NCBI RefSeq assembly: GCF_006345805.1
Contig: NC_043002.1
Coordinates: forward strand, 31,062,001-31,126,000
DNA length: 64,000 nucleotides
Direction: 5' to 3'
DNA from: Octopus sinensis
Lineage: Eukaryota
How positions within the stretch are numbered: the first letter of the stretch is position 1; each line of letters begins with the position of its first letter. The notes beneath the pieces are model-generated. The model was given only the letters and a program-made list of their open reading frames with translations, searched no databases and had not been told where the DNA came from. A program made the position numbers and the translations under genes. Positions 12,481 through 26,589 of the stretch are shown piece by piece.

Positions 12481-13097
12481 TCTGATGACGTACACCTCTT
12501 ACGGACTGCTTGAAGTAAAAGTTTTCCCATTCACCAATTTAATCGTGATAATAAGGAAACTTTGTAATCTGGATTCTTCATTGCACTGGGTCTCTGTTCA
12601 ATAATATACCTTTCATCTATACAAAGCCTTGTAGAGTATTATTTTGGAGTCAATGAAGATGGCGGTCCACAAGGATCGCTAGCTCGCTAGCACAACAGAC
12701 AAAATGCAAATGACATTTCGTCTATCTTAACTTTCTGAGCTCAAAATCGAGTTTGCATTTTTGTACTTTTAAGGTCGACGAAATAAGCATTAGTCGGGCT
12801 CTAGTATCTCTGCAACTGAGTAGATCTCTCCCATTAAATTTCAAGCTTTCTGTTTTATATCAGTATAAGTTTTATGCGGTGTTACTTCAGAATTAACATA
12901 GTTTATACATTATCTTATGTCTTTTCTGAATCTTTTCTGCCTATCCGTCTTCAAGAGCACTGGCAATCTTCATAAATGTGCTTATATACTTAAAGGAAGA
13001 CGGATTTTCATAACTTTGGCACAGATTCAATAAAATTTGTAAGATATTGTTAATGTCACTTGTTTTACCGTTTTTCCTTGATATTTGGGTCTGGGTC

Positions 13098-13148
<51 letters not shown>

Positions 13149-13165
13149 ATATACATATAATATAT

Positions 13166-13234
<69 letters not shown>

Positions 13235-13293
13235 ATATATATATACATATATACATATATATACATATTTATAATATATACAAATATATATAG

Positions 13294-13348
<55 letters not shown>

Positions 13349-13400
13349 GCATTTATATATCTATATATACACACATATATACACACACACAATATATGAA
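13098..13400. repeat. (TA)n microsatellite
   Basis: Directly visible; similar blocks at 9447-9532, 14520-15180, 15860-16000, 23935-24780, 28620-29060. Confidence 0.95.
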
Positions 13401-13859
13401 TACATACATGTATAATGTGTGAGTGTATTTACAAACTAGCTTCCCTGCTACTAACAAAAACTAAAATCGTCTTACGATACCCTGAAATTGAAATTTCTTA
13501 ATGGCGATTAGCAAGAGCGAAACCGGTTGAATACGTAACTATTCTATCTCACAAACAATAAATACATTTTATGCATTTTCTCATTTTCTGTATATTTCAT
13601 AATAAACTACCACGTGGTAGATTGGGGTAAAAATGCGATCAACGAAGCTTTTCATTATATATCTTACTTGTATAACGCACTTGTAAAGCGTCACAGGACG
13701 TGTTTCCATAACTTGCCTATTGCAAATACAAATACATTATGTAAGTCCGCATTTTCACAAGGTGACTTTATGTAACTGCGTAGATTTACAAGCTGCCATT
13801 TCTTCAGGTTATAAAATTTAAAAAGCCACTTTAATCGTGCAAAACCATGGGATTGCATG

Positions 13860-14150
13860 TACAAAGTTCCCCTCCGAGGGTCAAGTCGAGACAAATTTGT
13901 TTACTGAAGACCAGCAGTCATCCATGCATGCCAGCCTTCCCTCTTCACGCTGCCGATGTTATCCAAAGGAAAAGCAAAAGTCGATACAGCTTGATATCAG
14001 TGACGTAGCAATTCATTTCTAGAGCTGAGCGAACTGGAACAACGTGAAATAAAGTGTCTTATCCAAGAACAGAACACACAGCGTGGTCTGGGAATCAAAC
14101 TCACAACCTCATGTTTGTAAGCCCGACGCTCTAACCACTGTGCCGTAGCC
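13860..14150 (-). mobile_element. tRNA-derived SINE, family C
   Basis: Minus head CAGTGGTTAGAGCGTC..GAGTTTGATTCCC (A/B boxes); colinear with 62450-62813. Confidence 0.8.
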
Positions 14151-14635
14151 CACTACTCTTCAGCTTACACACCATCGAGTATTTTCTAAATTATGTCCTC
14201 GCCAAATATTTTAGCGACGTATGACTGTTCTGTAAGGGAAGTGAAATCTTATAGCTTTACCAAGACATTATTACAACTATTTCAGAAATATTGTCCCAAA
14301 CTTGGAACTATATTAAAAGAAAATTACACACAACGAAATTTGACGAGAAGAAAGTCATATGGGAAAGAAACGGAGTGTGAAAATACTTTAAAATACGATT
14401 TAATCAAGTCTTTACTATCGGAAATCTTTTTCTCTTAAAATTAGAGATAACCGCATTTATTACAAATATGTATTTCTCCCTATTTCCTCCCTCTCTCTCA
14501 CTTTCTCTCTCTCTATCTATTTGTATCTTATATATGTACTTATATATTAGTATATATACACATATACACATATATATATATATATAATATATATATATAT
14601 ATATTTGTGTGTGAATATGTATATGTATTATATAT

Positions 14636-14666
<31 letters not shown>

Positions 14667-14962
14667 CATACATATACATATACATATACACATATATGTC
14701 ACACACATATGTATGCACTCACACATACTTACCAAACATACGTACATACATTTCCACATATTTCTGATATATATATTTCATAATTGTAAATAGAAATAGA
14801 GATATTAATTGATAAAGTCTACGATCATCCATCATGACACGATACAAACACACGTCACTTATGTATTAATAATATAATAGCCGAGTGTCTGGTATTACTA
14901 TAGGCTTATTAACTTATACATGCATACACATATATGTGTGTGTGTGTGTGTTTTTATGTATA

Positions 14963-15045
<83 letters not shown>

Positions 15046-15064
15046 ATATATATATATATATATG

Positions 15065-15124
<60 letters not shown>

Positions 15125-15482
15125 TATATATATATATTTATTATAATATATATATATAAGCTATAATGTGAAGTGGTATATATACATATAAGAATGCGGT
15201 CGACTATTTGTGGAAGATATTTTATCTTGATCTTTTCACCATGGACATGTATATAAACCTTGTCTTAAAGGCAGGCATGAGAAAATTTTGAATAGATCGT
15301 TCAGCGTTTTCATGTTAATAAAAAATTCTTCAGGCATTACTCCTTCATTGTCAACCGGTTACATCTACACACACCCACGAATCAGTAGATGTGTGTGTCT
15401 GTGTCTATGTTTGTGTGTGTGTGTGTGTGTGTGAGTGTGTGTGTGTGTGTGTGCGTCTGTGTTCGTGTGTGTGCAGATATCG

Positions 15483-15760
15483 ACATAAGAAGTTTGCATC
15501 CAAACCATATGGTTCAAAGTTCAGTCGCAAGCGTCGCATGGCACATCTTCGAGCCAAAAAACCCTATGAGTGGATTTAGTAGGCGGAAACTGAAAGAAGC
15601 ACGTCGTATATATCATACATGTGTGTGTGCGTGCGTGTGTGTGTGTTGTATGTGTCTCTCTCTTTGTAGTTGTGTTTGACCCCACACAACTCGACGACTG
15701 GCATTGGTGTGATGACGTCCACGTAACCAAGCAACTGGGCAAAAGGAGCCAACAGAATAA
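15483..15760 (+). mobile_element. Diverged SINE family B
   Basis: GTGGATTTAGTAGGCGGAAACTGAAAGAAGCACGTCGTATATA segment. Confidence 0.7.
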
Positions 15761-15913
15761 ATAATACGCATAAAAACGTCGATTGGTTCGATGAAAATTT
15801 CTTAAAGCTGATGCGCTAGCATCATCGCACTCTAATGACTAAAAGAATCAAATGAGGACATGTACATACATACATACATATATATATATATATACATACA
15901 CACACACACATAC

Positions 15914-15987
<74 letters not shown>

Positions 15988-16510
15988 ATATATATATAAA
16001 TCATATACTGCCAACCAAGTGTGGCCTCCTATACAGGACAGTGATACTGACGTTTATAGCTCCAGAAAGACATCTCTGCCAGGAGGCTAACGACACACAT
16101 TCTGTGTCCGATTAGTATCTACGAGGGGAGATCCTCGCTTACATCTCTTGCCTTAAGTGATACACTTGGAATCGAGTTTCTGGTTGGTTATCCGTCCTCG
16201 TCATGTGTTAATCACAAGCAAGTGATGAAAACGCATTCCACTCGCAAAATACTGTATGATTCTTCCAGTGGCAAATTGCTGAATCGCAAAGTCGACCACA
16301 GTGGAAGTTGAACTCAGAATACAATGACGAACGAAATGCCACAACGCACGAGGCCTGAAATGCCACAACGCACGAGGCCTGAAATTTCGGGGGACTTAAT
16401 TTACCGGTCCGGAAAGGACGAAAGAGAATGTCGATGGATAATGAATAACAGTTATAGTACAGGTGAAGAAAAGATGTAGAGAGAGGGAGAGAGGGCGAGA
16501 AACAAGGAAG

Positions 16511-16578
<68 letters not shown>

Positions 16579-16616
16579 ACAGACAGACAGACAGAAGTGA
16601 GGCATATCAATGATTA

Positions 16617-16821
16617 TACGAGGGAATGCTGAAGAATTCCTTGCTTTGATTACAAGAAAATACAGTAAATTATGATTTTACTCAACATATTTCCCCTCTC
16701 AGATTCACACCCTTATTGCAGCAGTATTTCTGAGCACTTTAAAAGAACTCGGAATGTTGGGATCCTAACCAGGCTTTTCGCAATATCCTTCACGTCAGTA
16801 ACTTTTCTGCACACCCTCGTA
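16617..16821. mobile_element. ~200-bp mariner-derived MITE
   Basis: Termini TACGAGGG...CCCTCGTA, ~24-bp imperfect TIRs, terminal TA; the interior resembles the 3' end of the mariner at 41546. Confidence 0.75.
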
Positions 16822-16838
16822 TTTTTGTAAGTATGTGA

Positions 16839-16922
<84 letters not shown>

Positions 16923-16924
<2 letters not shown>

Positions 16925-19756
16925 GCAGGAGGAAGGGTGGAACTGCCATTTTCCTGCATGATTCGTTTACGGCAGATGGAAATAGTATATTCTCCAACGG
17001 CTACTGTGAATCAGTCACCGTGCACAACAAAGCCAATGACCTGACAGTAATTGGGCTCTATAAGCCGCCCCAAACACCCATACTGTGCTTTAAAGAATGC
17101 CTCAACAGCATTAAGTGCTTTATTCAACAGTGCCATTCTAGCAACCTACTCATGATGGGAGACTTCAATCTACCCTGTGTTGACTGGACTACAACTGTTT
17201 GAAACCAAGCACTCCCGCCTCAACCGCTGACAAGAAGCAGCAAGAGTCACTTTTCGACTTTACGAATGAGTTTTTCTTGTCCCAACTTGTCCTTGCACCA
17301 ACAAGACATCAGAACATCTTGGACCTAGTGTTTAGTAACCACACTAACACTATACATAACGTTACAGTGGAAAAAACCCTTCTTTCAGACCATGACATGG
17401 TTCTCTGTAACATGAAATTCCACCAGCCGAAAGCTAATCCTAGTGACCTCCCTCCAGCCCACCCATTTGACAACATGGATCTCCATAATGCCAACTGGGA
17501 TGCAATCAGGAACGAGCTATCACATGTTGACTGGTCCTTTACACATACACACATCTCCACCAACCATAAAACATCTTGGCAGATCTTTGTAGACACCGTC
17601 ACAGACATATGTGCAAAACACTCCCCACCAAGACCTGTGAACAAAAAGTGCAGAATCCCCTAAAACAGAAAAACCATTATCAGAAAAATAAAAAGAACAA
17701 ACAAAAAAATTAACAAACTAAAGTACTGCCAACAGCAACACACACATTCGACGGCTATCGCACTGCTTGAATCCAAAAAATATAACCTCCAACAATGCAT
17801 GAAGACCCTCATCAATATCCAAAGATCAGCTGAGGAGAAGTGGGCCTTTGAAAAAATCAAACTCAACCCCAAAGTGTTCTTTTCATTTGCGAGGAAACGC
17901 AGGGTCACTGTCTCCATTGTTGGCCCTCTAATTGATGAAACTGGCACTCTCCAAGATAATGCCAAATCCATGGCCGAGATACTGCAGAAACAATACTGCT
18001 CTGTTTTCAGCAATCCTGATATGGCCGATCTGGGCTGTATCAGTGATGTCAACCCCCAACACACTATATCTGACATAATGTTTAGTGCTCCTGATGTCTT
18101 AGCGGCGATAAACGAAATAAAACACAATTCAGCAGTAGGCCCCGATAGGTTCCCTGCTTGTGTCCTGAAGGTGTGTCGACACCAACTTGCATCTCCCCTT
18201 GCTAATCTGTGGAGAAACTCACTGGATGCTGGCTATATTCCAAAAAACCTTCTGTCCCAGTCTGTTGTCCCAGTTTTCAAAAAGGGAAACAAGTCCCTTG
18301 CAGTGAACTACCGTCCGATCTCACTCACCTCTCATATCATCAAGGTATTTGAGAGGGTGGTGAGATGTCGAATAACCCAATTTCTGGAAAGCAACAGACG
18401 GCTGATCTCCAACCAACATGGGTTCCGTAATGGAAGGGACTGCCTAACGCAGCTCCTGCATCACTTTGATGACATTTTGAGAGCTTTGGGAGAGGGCTCA
18501 CACACCGATGTCATCTACCTTGATTTCAGTAAGGCCTTCGACGGGGTCGATCACAAGATCCTATTGAAAAAACTATCCAACATTGGTGTCTCTGGAAAGT
18601 TACTGAAATGGATCAAGTGTTTCCTGACAGACAGATCTCAACATGTTGTAGTTGAAGGGGTAAAATCAAGCCCAGCCAAAGTCAGTAGTGGCGTTCCGCA
18701 AGGCACTGTGCTGGGCCCACTTCTTTTCATCATTTACATTAATGACATTAATGACATCATCAAGCACAGCAACATAAAAATCTTTGCAGATGATTCCAAG
18801 CTACAGAAGGTCATAAATGAGGCGAGTGACCGGACATGCCTTCAGTCAGATCTACTGGCCGTTATCCAATGGGCAGAAAAAGCAATATGCTGCTGAACGA
18901 GGATAAATTTGAGTTAATCCACTTTGGAAAAGAGGATGCCCTGAAACTCCCATACTCCCTTCCTTCAGGTGAAACTCTCGCGGCGTCCAACAACATCAGA
19001 GACTTGGGAGTAATTGTGGACAACAACATAAGCTGGGCCTCATATAAACACCAAAGTTGACATGGCCCGCAGAATGTGTTCCTGGATTCTCTCAGAACTT
19101 TCCAGTCGAGAGATATCCACACCATTATGCTTCTCTTCTCCACTTTTGCCCGACCCCACCTTGAATACTGTTGTCCACTGTGGTCTCCCCACACAATACA
19201 AGGTATCATAAAGTTGAAGCACCTCAAAGGGCAATCACAAAAAAGATAGATGGCATAACAGGCCTCGACTATTGGGATCGACTAGAAAAGCTAAAACTTT
19301 ATTCTCTCCAACGTCGTCGTGAGCGCTACATCATCTGCATGATGTGAAAATATTCCATCAGCATTGCCCAAATGATGTTGGCATCACCTTTAAGGTACAT
19401 CCAAGGCTTGGGCCCCGTGCCATCCGCCCAAAACAAAAATCGCACTCTCATCTCATAACAACAATACGGCACAATTATTTCACCTCAATTGGCCCCGCTC
19501 TCTTTACATTACACCAAAACACTTAAAACAGAAACTGACCCTATAGGGTTCAAGAAGTCTTTGGACAGATTCCTTCAAGAAATCCCGGATAAACCCCCTA
19601 CACCCGGTTATGTCTCTGTAAACAATAACTCTCTACTTGAGTGGGCCATAGTGCCCAAATTCTGACTTGAAAGACTTCACCAGGTGGTGCTATTAAGTTA
19701 GACATGGCCTTGGCCAATAATGGCCGAAACCTATCAAAGTATCAAAGTATCAAAGT
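16923..19756 (+). mobile_element. 5'-truncated CR1-clade LINE (APE endonuclease + reverse transcriptase), frameshifted
   Basis: APE motifs GDFNLP, TRHQNILDLVFSN, SDH; RT motifs YRPISLTS, DFSKAFD, GVPQGTVLGPLLF, FADD; (ATCAAAGT)3 tail at 19733-19756; (TA)n on both flanks. Confidence 0.97.
17799..18896 (+). CDS. LINE ORF2 fragment: reverse transcriptase domain
   Basis: 365-aa ORF with the full set of RT motifs; frameshifts near 17660 and 18880 separate it from the rest of ORF2. Confidence 0.9.
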   Translation: MKTLINIQRSAEEKWAFEKIKLNPKVFFSFARKRRVTVSIVGPLIDETGTLQDNAKSMAEILQKQYCSVFSNPDMADLGCISDVNPQHTISDIMFSAPDVLAAINEIKHNSAVGPDRFPACVLKVCRHQLASPLANLWRNSLDAGYIPKNLLSQSVVPVFKKGNKSLAVNYRPISLTSHIIKVFERVVRCRITQFLESNRRLISNQHGFRNGRDCLTQLLHHFDDILRALGEGSHTDVIYLDFSKAFDGVDHKILLKKLSNIGVSGKLLKWIKCFLTDRSQHVVVEGVKSSPAKVSSGVPQGTVLGPLLFIIYINDINDIIKHSNIKIFADDSKLQKVINEASDRTCLQSDLLAVIQWAEKAICC

Positions 19757-19867
19757 ATATATATATATTTATATATATATATATACATTTATGTGTGTGT
19801 GTGCGTGTGTGTGTGTATAAATGTTTCTGTATACACACATATAATACACATATAACTGTATTGATAT

Positions 19868-19903
<36 letters not shown>

Positions 19904-19904
19904 T

Positions 19905-19976
<72 letters not shown>

Positions 19977-20709
19977 CATACATACATACATACATACATA
20001 GGTAGATGTGTGTTTGCATGTGTATGTATGCTCATAAATTGAGCACTTTTCAATATCATATGGCATTTACTCCGATCGTCATTTTATTCTGCTAACCACC
20101 TCTCTTGTGCGGCCTTTATTGAGTTACTCTAACTGTTTGTAATAACATACACTACAGCTGCCAAAATGAAGAAATGTCACAAACAGCGACATACTACCAA
20201 TGAATTGAAACCGACATCATTGTGTTAAAATGTGAAATTAAAGATAATTGTTCAGCTGAGGATTGATGATGTCATGTAGCGACTAACAATTCAGTTCACT
20301 GATTGGAACATTAATAACTTGTTTATATTTGTAGCATGTTGACCAAGAAAAATATAATAAAACCAGTAAATGCTTGAGTCATTAGAATTCGAATTTTTGT
20401 AAAAATGATTTGGTAAATAACAAACGAAAATGTCATTAACGACTTAGTCTTTGGCGCCTTGTTGTTGATAGACCTTGGATATATATATAGTAGCTTCATT
20501 TAGTACTTGACCATTCACCATGACGCAGTTAAAGTCAAGTGGCAACAAGAACCTACGCCGTTCAACTGCAGCTAAGAAAATTGACCACTTCAGCAGTCCA
20601 CTATCATTATTCTCTCTCTCTCTCTGACACAGAAACACACACGCACACACACACACACACACACACCACACACACACACACACACACTATAATATATTAT
20701 ATTTTTTTG

Positions 20710-20922
20710 TACTTGTTTCAGTCATTTGACTGCGGCCATGCTGGAGCACCGCCTTTAGAGTGGTGAAAGAGTACAGCAGGGATCACCACCTCCTGCCGGA
20801 GCCTCGTGGAGCTTTTAGGTGTTTTTTTTTGCTCAATAAACACACACACACGCCCGTCTGGGAATCGAAACCGCGATCCTCCGACCGCAAGTCCGCTGCC
20901 CTAACCACTAGGCCATTGCGCC
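20710..20922 (-). mobile_element. Chimeric SINE: tRNA-like head of a fourth family fused to the family-B tail
   Basis: Minus: GGCGCAATGGCCTAGTGGTTAGGGCAGCG..GTTTCGATTCCC, then CTAAAGGCGGTGCTCCAGCATGGCCGCAGTCAAATGACTGAAACAAGTA. Confidence 0.75.
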
Positions 20923-20928
20923 TAGTGT

Positions 20929-20976
<48 letters not shown>

Positions 20977-21419
20977 TCACACTCACACACGAATACGCAT
21001 CTCTCCCGCTACACCGGAACTGATTCATTTGTTGTTATGAGATCTCTTTGTCTGAGGTGGTATTATTCGTTATAAACACATTCTGTAGGAAGCCATACAT
21101 ATATCAAAACCATAAGTTGGTCTACTACTCGGATGCTTTTGTTCAATTGAAAGACGACCTGGTGTTTAATGTTTAACAAGAACAAGAACAACAACAACAA
21201 CAACAACAACAATATCCACAACAACAACTGAAATAGTGATTATAAATAGATACATATCAGAATTGGATCAGGAAACAAACATGAGAACAACGACATTAAC
21301 AACAACAATAAATGCAGTAAGATCAGAAATGACAAGGAAAAAAATGATAACGGTGTATTGGCCAATGAGATATAACGTACACGACTTTTTGAATGGCAAC
21401 TGTGTTTGGAAACATAGCT

Positions 21420-21658
21420 ATAATAATAAAAACAATAATAATAACAATAATGATAATGATGATGATGAAGATGATGAGGAGGATAATAATAATATTAATA
21501 ATAATAATAATAACAATAATAATAATAATAATAATAATAATGATAATAATAATAATAATGAAAATGATGATGATGATGATGATATGATGATGATGATGAT
21601 ATGAGACGATGATGATATAATAACAACAACAACAACAACAATATATAATAATAATATA

Positions 21659-21695
<37 letters not shown>

Positions 21696-21723
21696 TAATA
21701 ATAATAATGATAATAATAATAAT
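21420..21723. repeat. (AAT)n/(GAT)n microsatellite
   Basis: Directly visible; flanks the Dong LINE, with a further tract at 22893-23400. Confidence 0.95.
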
Positions 21724-22892
21724 ATCAAAACATGAAAACAAGAAAGCATCATACTCAGTCACAAAACAGGCAAGGAATATCTAAGTGAATTCCGAATACA
21801 ACCAATTTCGGAATTAGAGATAGACTACAAGAAACAAGCACAGAAAAAGCTAGGCGCATGAAAACCCGTGCCAAAACTGCGGCCTTAGATATTCTGGATA
21901 TAATGGCAATAAAAACCTCTCTACGGCAAATACCCAAAGAGAGCGAATAATGCAGATATCGACAAAGCCCTGACCCATCAATGGCTAATGGCCCCTGGCT
22001 TAAAATCTGAAACAGAGGGTTTATCATAGCAGCTCAAGATCAATCATGCCTACCAACAAGAAACTACCAGGCCAACATATTAAAGATCAGAAGCAGTCCA
22101 ACGTGTCCTGTATGCAAGCAACAAATGAAACCTTTGATCATGTGGTCTCCAAGTGCAGTCTTCTAGCGCCTACAGAGTATCTCAACAGGCACGATAGAAC
22201 TGCACAATATATTCACTGGGTAATCTGTAAAACCTGGATTTGCCCCATGAAAAAAACTGGTGGGAACACAAACCACCCCCAGTGCTTGAAATGACCACAT
22301 CTCACTCCTCTGGAACTTCACCATTCAAACTGACAGGAAGATAGATGCAAATAGGCCAGACATCATATTGAAAGACTTCAAACAAAGAACATGCCTCCTC
22401 ATTGATATGACTGTCCCAATCGATATAAACGTATCTGTCAGGACCTACCAAAAAACTGAGCCAATATAAAGATCTTGAATAGAAAATCAGCAAAATGTGG
22501 AAGCTGAAGACTAAAACAATACCTGTTGTCATAGTGCCCTGGGAATGATAGCAAGGGGCTGATAGCTACCTAACTCAGATACCAGGAAACCCAAAAATGG
22601 CAGAAGTTTCAAAAGATAGTGCTCATGGGAACTGCTCATATCCTACGCAAAATACTCTCTATGTAACCTCAAGGTTTAAAACAACCATAATTTTCGGTTT
22701 AAAGAGGAAGGGAAAAAAAAAAACCTTTTTTTTTTTTTTTTAAAACATTCATTAGTACAACATCCCCACCCCCCAAAAATATGGCACACTAGGCATAACA
22801 ACAACATGAACTTCCAACCCTGTTGTCTCTTGAGGTCTCTGGGTGAGACTTGGAGCCAACTTGTACAAATATAAAGCAAAAGTCAAACATAG
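21724..22892 (+). mobile_element. 5'-truncated R4/Dong-type LINE, family 1 (CCHC knuckle + restriction-like endonuclease)
   Basis: Frameshifted translation LKSETEG.IIAAQDQ, CPVC..ETFDHVVSKC, RHD, NRPDIILKD..IDMTVP, GTAHILRKILSM*; 3'UTR followed by (AAT)n. Confidence 0.93.
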
Positions 22893-22923
22893 AATAATAA
22901 TAATAATAATGATAAGGAAAATT

Positions 22924-22959
<36 letters not shown>

Positions 22960-23062
22960 ATAATAGTAGTAATGATAATGATGATGATAATGATAATAAT
23001 AATAATAATAATAATAATGATAATAGTAATAATATTAATGATGGTGATGATGATGATGACGA

Positions 23063-23109
<47 letters not shown>

Positions 23110-23123
23110 AGTGGTGGTGCTGG

Positions 23124-23177
<54 letters not shown>

Positions 23178-23981
23178 AAACAATAATAATAATAATAAAC
23201 GAAACCGATGAGAAGTCGAATAATAATGATGACAATAACAATAATATAAATAAAAAAACAATAACAATAACAATAGTGAAGATAGTGACTGTGACAAAAG
23301 GAGAAAAAAAAATATCAGCGAAACTAAGCTTCACATCTATGATGGTGACTGGAAGAAAAATTATAATCACTAATCTACTACAATGCTATAATAACTAGAG
23401 TCACAACAGAAACAAAACGAAAGATTTAATGAAAAGCAGCAACGAAACAGGATCAACGACAATAAAAACGCTACAAACACCACCATCGTCACAACGATTA
23501 CCATCAGCATCACAAGCACCACCAACAACACCAATACCATCAGCTGCAGCAGCAGTAGCATCAGCAACATCGTAAGCATCATCACTGAAGTCATAATCTT
23601 CATAAAAAAAACACAACATAGTGAAGCATTCATATTGGAACAGCATTAAAACGAAGTGTAAGACTTAAAAATGATACTAGCAGCAGCTTGAAAAAAAAAG
23701 AAATATAAAAAAGAACAATATGAACGACAGCATAAGAAGAACGACGACGAGAAGAAGAAGAACAACAACAATATAAGAGAACAATTAGGACTCTACTTAA
23801 GAGATAACAGCAGCAAAAACAAAACCCATACAATGTTGAAAATAAATCACGGTATGAAAGAGAGAAAGAAGCAGAAACGGCCGATAGAAGCTCTAATAAT
23901 GGTAAGGAAATTGATAGGAACCGTGGTTGATGTTGACAAATATACATAGATACATATATATACATATATACATGCATATAA

Positions 23982-24020
<39 letters not shown>

Positions 24021-24327
24021 ACATACATATATATATATATTATATATATATAATATATATATATATACATGTCTATATATATATATATATATATGATGTA
24101 TATATTTATAAGAGAGTTAATGTGTTTATGAATATGTATGTACATATATGTGTGTGTATGTAAATAATGTGTATAACTACATATATTTATTCATCTACAT
24201 CTACATCTACACATATATGCACGTATATATATATGCATACACATACAGAGACGTATAAATATATATGCTTATATATGTATATATACACGTATCTCCATGT
24301 ATGTAAGACTATTCCGGTATTTGTGAG

Positions 24328-24373
<46 letters not shown>

Positions 24374-24554
24374 GCACTTGATTGAATGTATTTGTGTGTT
24401 TGCACGTTTAAATGTGTACATTGATTATCACTTACTTATCATTATAAGGACAGCATATCCGCGCGATGAAAGTAACACATTAACAGAGATTTATGCATAC
24501 CTAGAAGGACTTGTCGTATTATATATACATATATAAATGTTGCATGCACATACA

Positions 24555-24590
<36 letters not shown>

Positions 24591-24597
24591 TATATAT

Positions 24598-24660
<63 letters not shown>

Positions 24661-25729
24661 AATAATATACATACAGAAACACACGCACATACACATATAA
24701 ATATCTATATATACATATATATACTTACATATATATATATGCATTTATGTACATATATACATAAATGTACATAAGTGTAATAAATACGTAGAAATAAAGA
24801 TTATTCACACAAACCCACAACGAACCAGGACTGAGTTGAAAGATATATGCTAGGAAATAGCAACCAATTTAAAAAGAATGACACGGTAAACACCCCACCA
24901 CACGCACTTACACACAAGTATATATATATATATATATAATGTATATATATATATATATACTATATATATATACTCCTCTACATTCGATAAAAGTCGATCT
25001 AAATGCATTCTAGTTCCTTGAGAAAATTTTATTGAGGAGATATAAATGTTTTGCTACGCTGTATAGTAAATCAGTCACCTAGGTCGCTTAGCAGGTTTTT
25101 ACTTTGCGTGATACAATAATGTAGCGTACGTCATCGTAAAATAACTTCTCCCTTTTACGACGGCAGTACGTTCAACAAACACGGTGCATTCGCGCACGGT
25201 ATTTCGGAGCGGAGGTATTTTGCTATGTTGAACCTCGTCAGTCAGAAGTATCCGAGCCTATCTTCAAGTTGCTTCATAATGACTACTATCTACATGAGTT
25301 GTAGAGTCATTCACTGAGGAATAACATGTTTAGTATTGATTGTTTCCTTTGGTCTCTCGGATTACGGTTGAGTACTTTATGATGTAGAGAAATATTATCA
25401 CTGGTATCTGAAAGATATCAATTGCTGAGAGAATACGAGTAATAGTAAAAGATTTTTCAAAAAGTATTTCCGATTCCTTTAAAAATATTCATTTGATTTT
25501 TTCACATTTACACAGTTTTAATCACCCAGGTCTTGCTTTCTCCACATTTTGTATCATTACAAATCACCTTTGTGACGTAAATGTCACCCTGGCTGTGAAG
25601 CCACCTTTTTTTCACTACAAAGATTACATTAATAATACTTCCAATACTGAAGAGATGCTGAAGCGGGAACATTTCAAGAATATGATCTCTGATGACTTTG
25701 GAGGAACTTCGTAGATGAATTTAGTCTTA

Positions 25730-25930
25730 CCATTCTTCTTCTTCTTCTTCTTCTTCTTCTTCTTCTTCTTCTTCTTCTTCTTCTTCTTCTTTCTCCTCTT
25801 CTTCTTCTTCTTCTTCTTCTTCTTCTTCTTCTTCTTCTTCTTCTCCTCCTCCTCCTCCTTCCTATCCCCACCTCCTCTCCTCCTCCTTCTTCTTCATTAT
25901 AATCCCGGTTACGAGATAGTATATTAAGAA

Positions 25931-25986
<56 letters not shown>

Positions 25987-26000
25987 TGATGATGATGATG
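25730..26000. repeat. (CTT)n followed by (AAT)n microsatellite
   Basis: Directly visible. Confidence 0.95.
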
Positions 26001-26330
26001 TTAACGCTGATAGACATCAATAACAGTAATTTCTTTTAACAATAATGCTTATTCTTATTATATTCATATTAATATTGTAGTTGTTTCATTTATACTTCCA
26101 GTTATACATCGTATAGTTACTGATTTGAACATTGCTCTTAAAACACGGCCAGTAAAGTGTCTCAGTAGTATGCTAGCAGCACGGTCATGCGATCTTCTGT
26201 ACTGCATGAATATTTATTTTGCCTGCATACGGCTGTTGTAGTTCTTAATTCCCTCGCGAATAAATCTCAGTGCACCACTGAGATCCCCAGAGGAAGAAGC
26301 AGCTACATCAGCTTCTTTGTGCTATTATTC

Positions 26331-26575
26331 AAACCCCGAAGACATCCTCTCAACACATGGCTATGATGCTCCCCCACTACCATTGTTCGTGATCATAGAT
26401 GCACATATCGTCAGTCAACAAGGGACATGCCCAAATGGTGAAGGTTAAGCAACAGACAAGCACATCTCTGGTATTGAGCAGAATATTTGCTGTAGCATAT
26501 CTTTTATACCAAGATAAAACATGATAACATTTCAAATCTGTTAAGATCAGATACCATGTGACCTACTGCCAGCAT
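26331..26575 (-). mobile_element. Fragment of Dong family 3 3'UTR
   Basis: Colinear with 43280-43420 (CACATATCGTCAG, GGTATTGAGCAGAATATTT). Confidence 0.75.
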
Positions 26576-26589
26576 GCTAGGCAAATTGC

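Noticed and set aside
20845-20922. tRNA-like sequence (also at 14075-14150, 57881-57945, 62740-62813)
   Set aside because: A and B boxes are present but the sequence runs into SINE bodies and lacks a proper acceptor stem; these are SINE heads, not tRNA genes.
26530-26575. U2 snRNA-like words (TAAGATCA) in the Dong 3'UTR
   Set aside because: Match is only 8 nt, with no Sm site or U2 stems.
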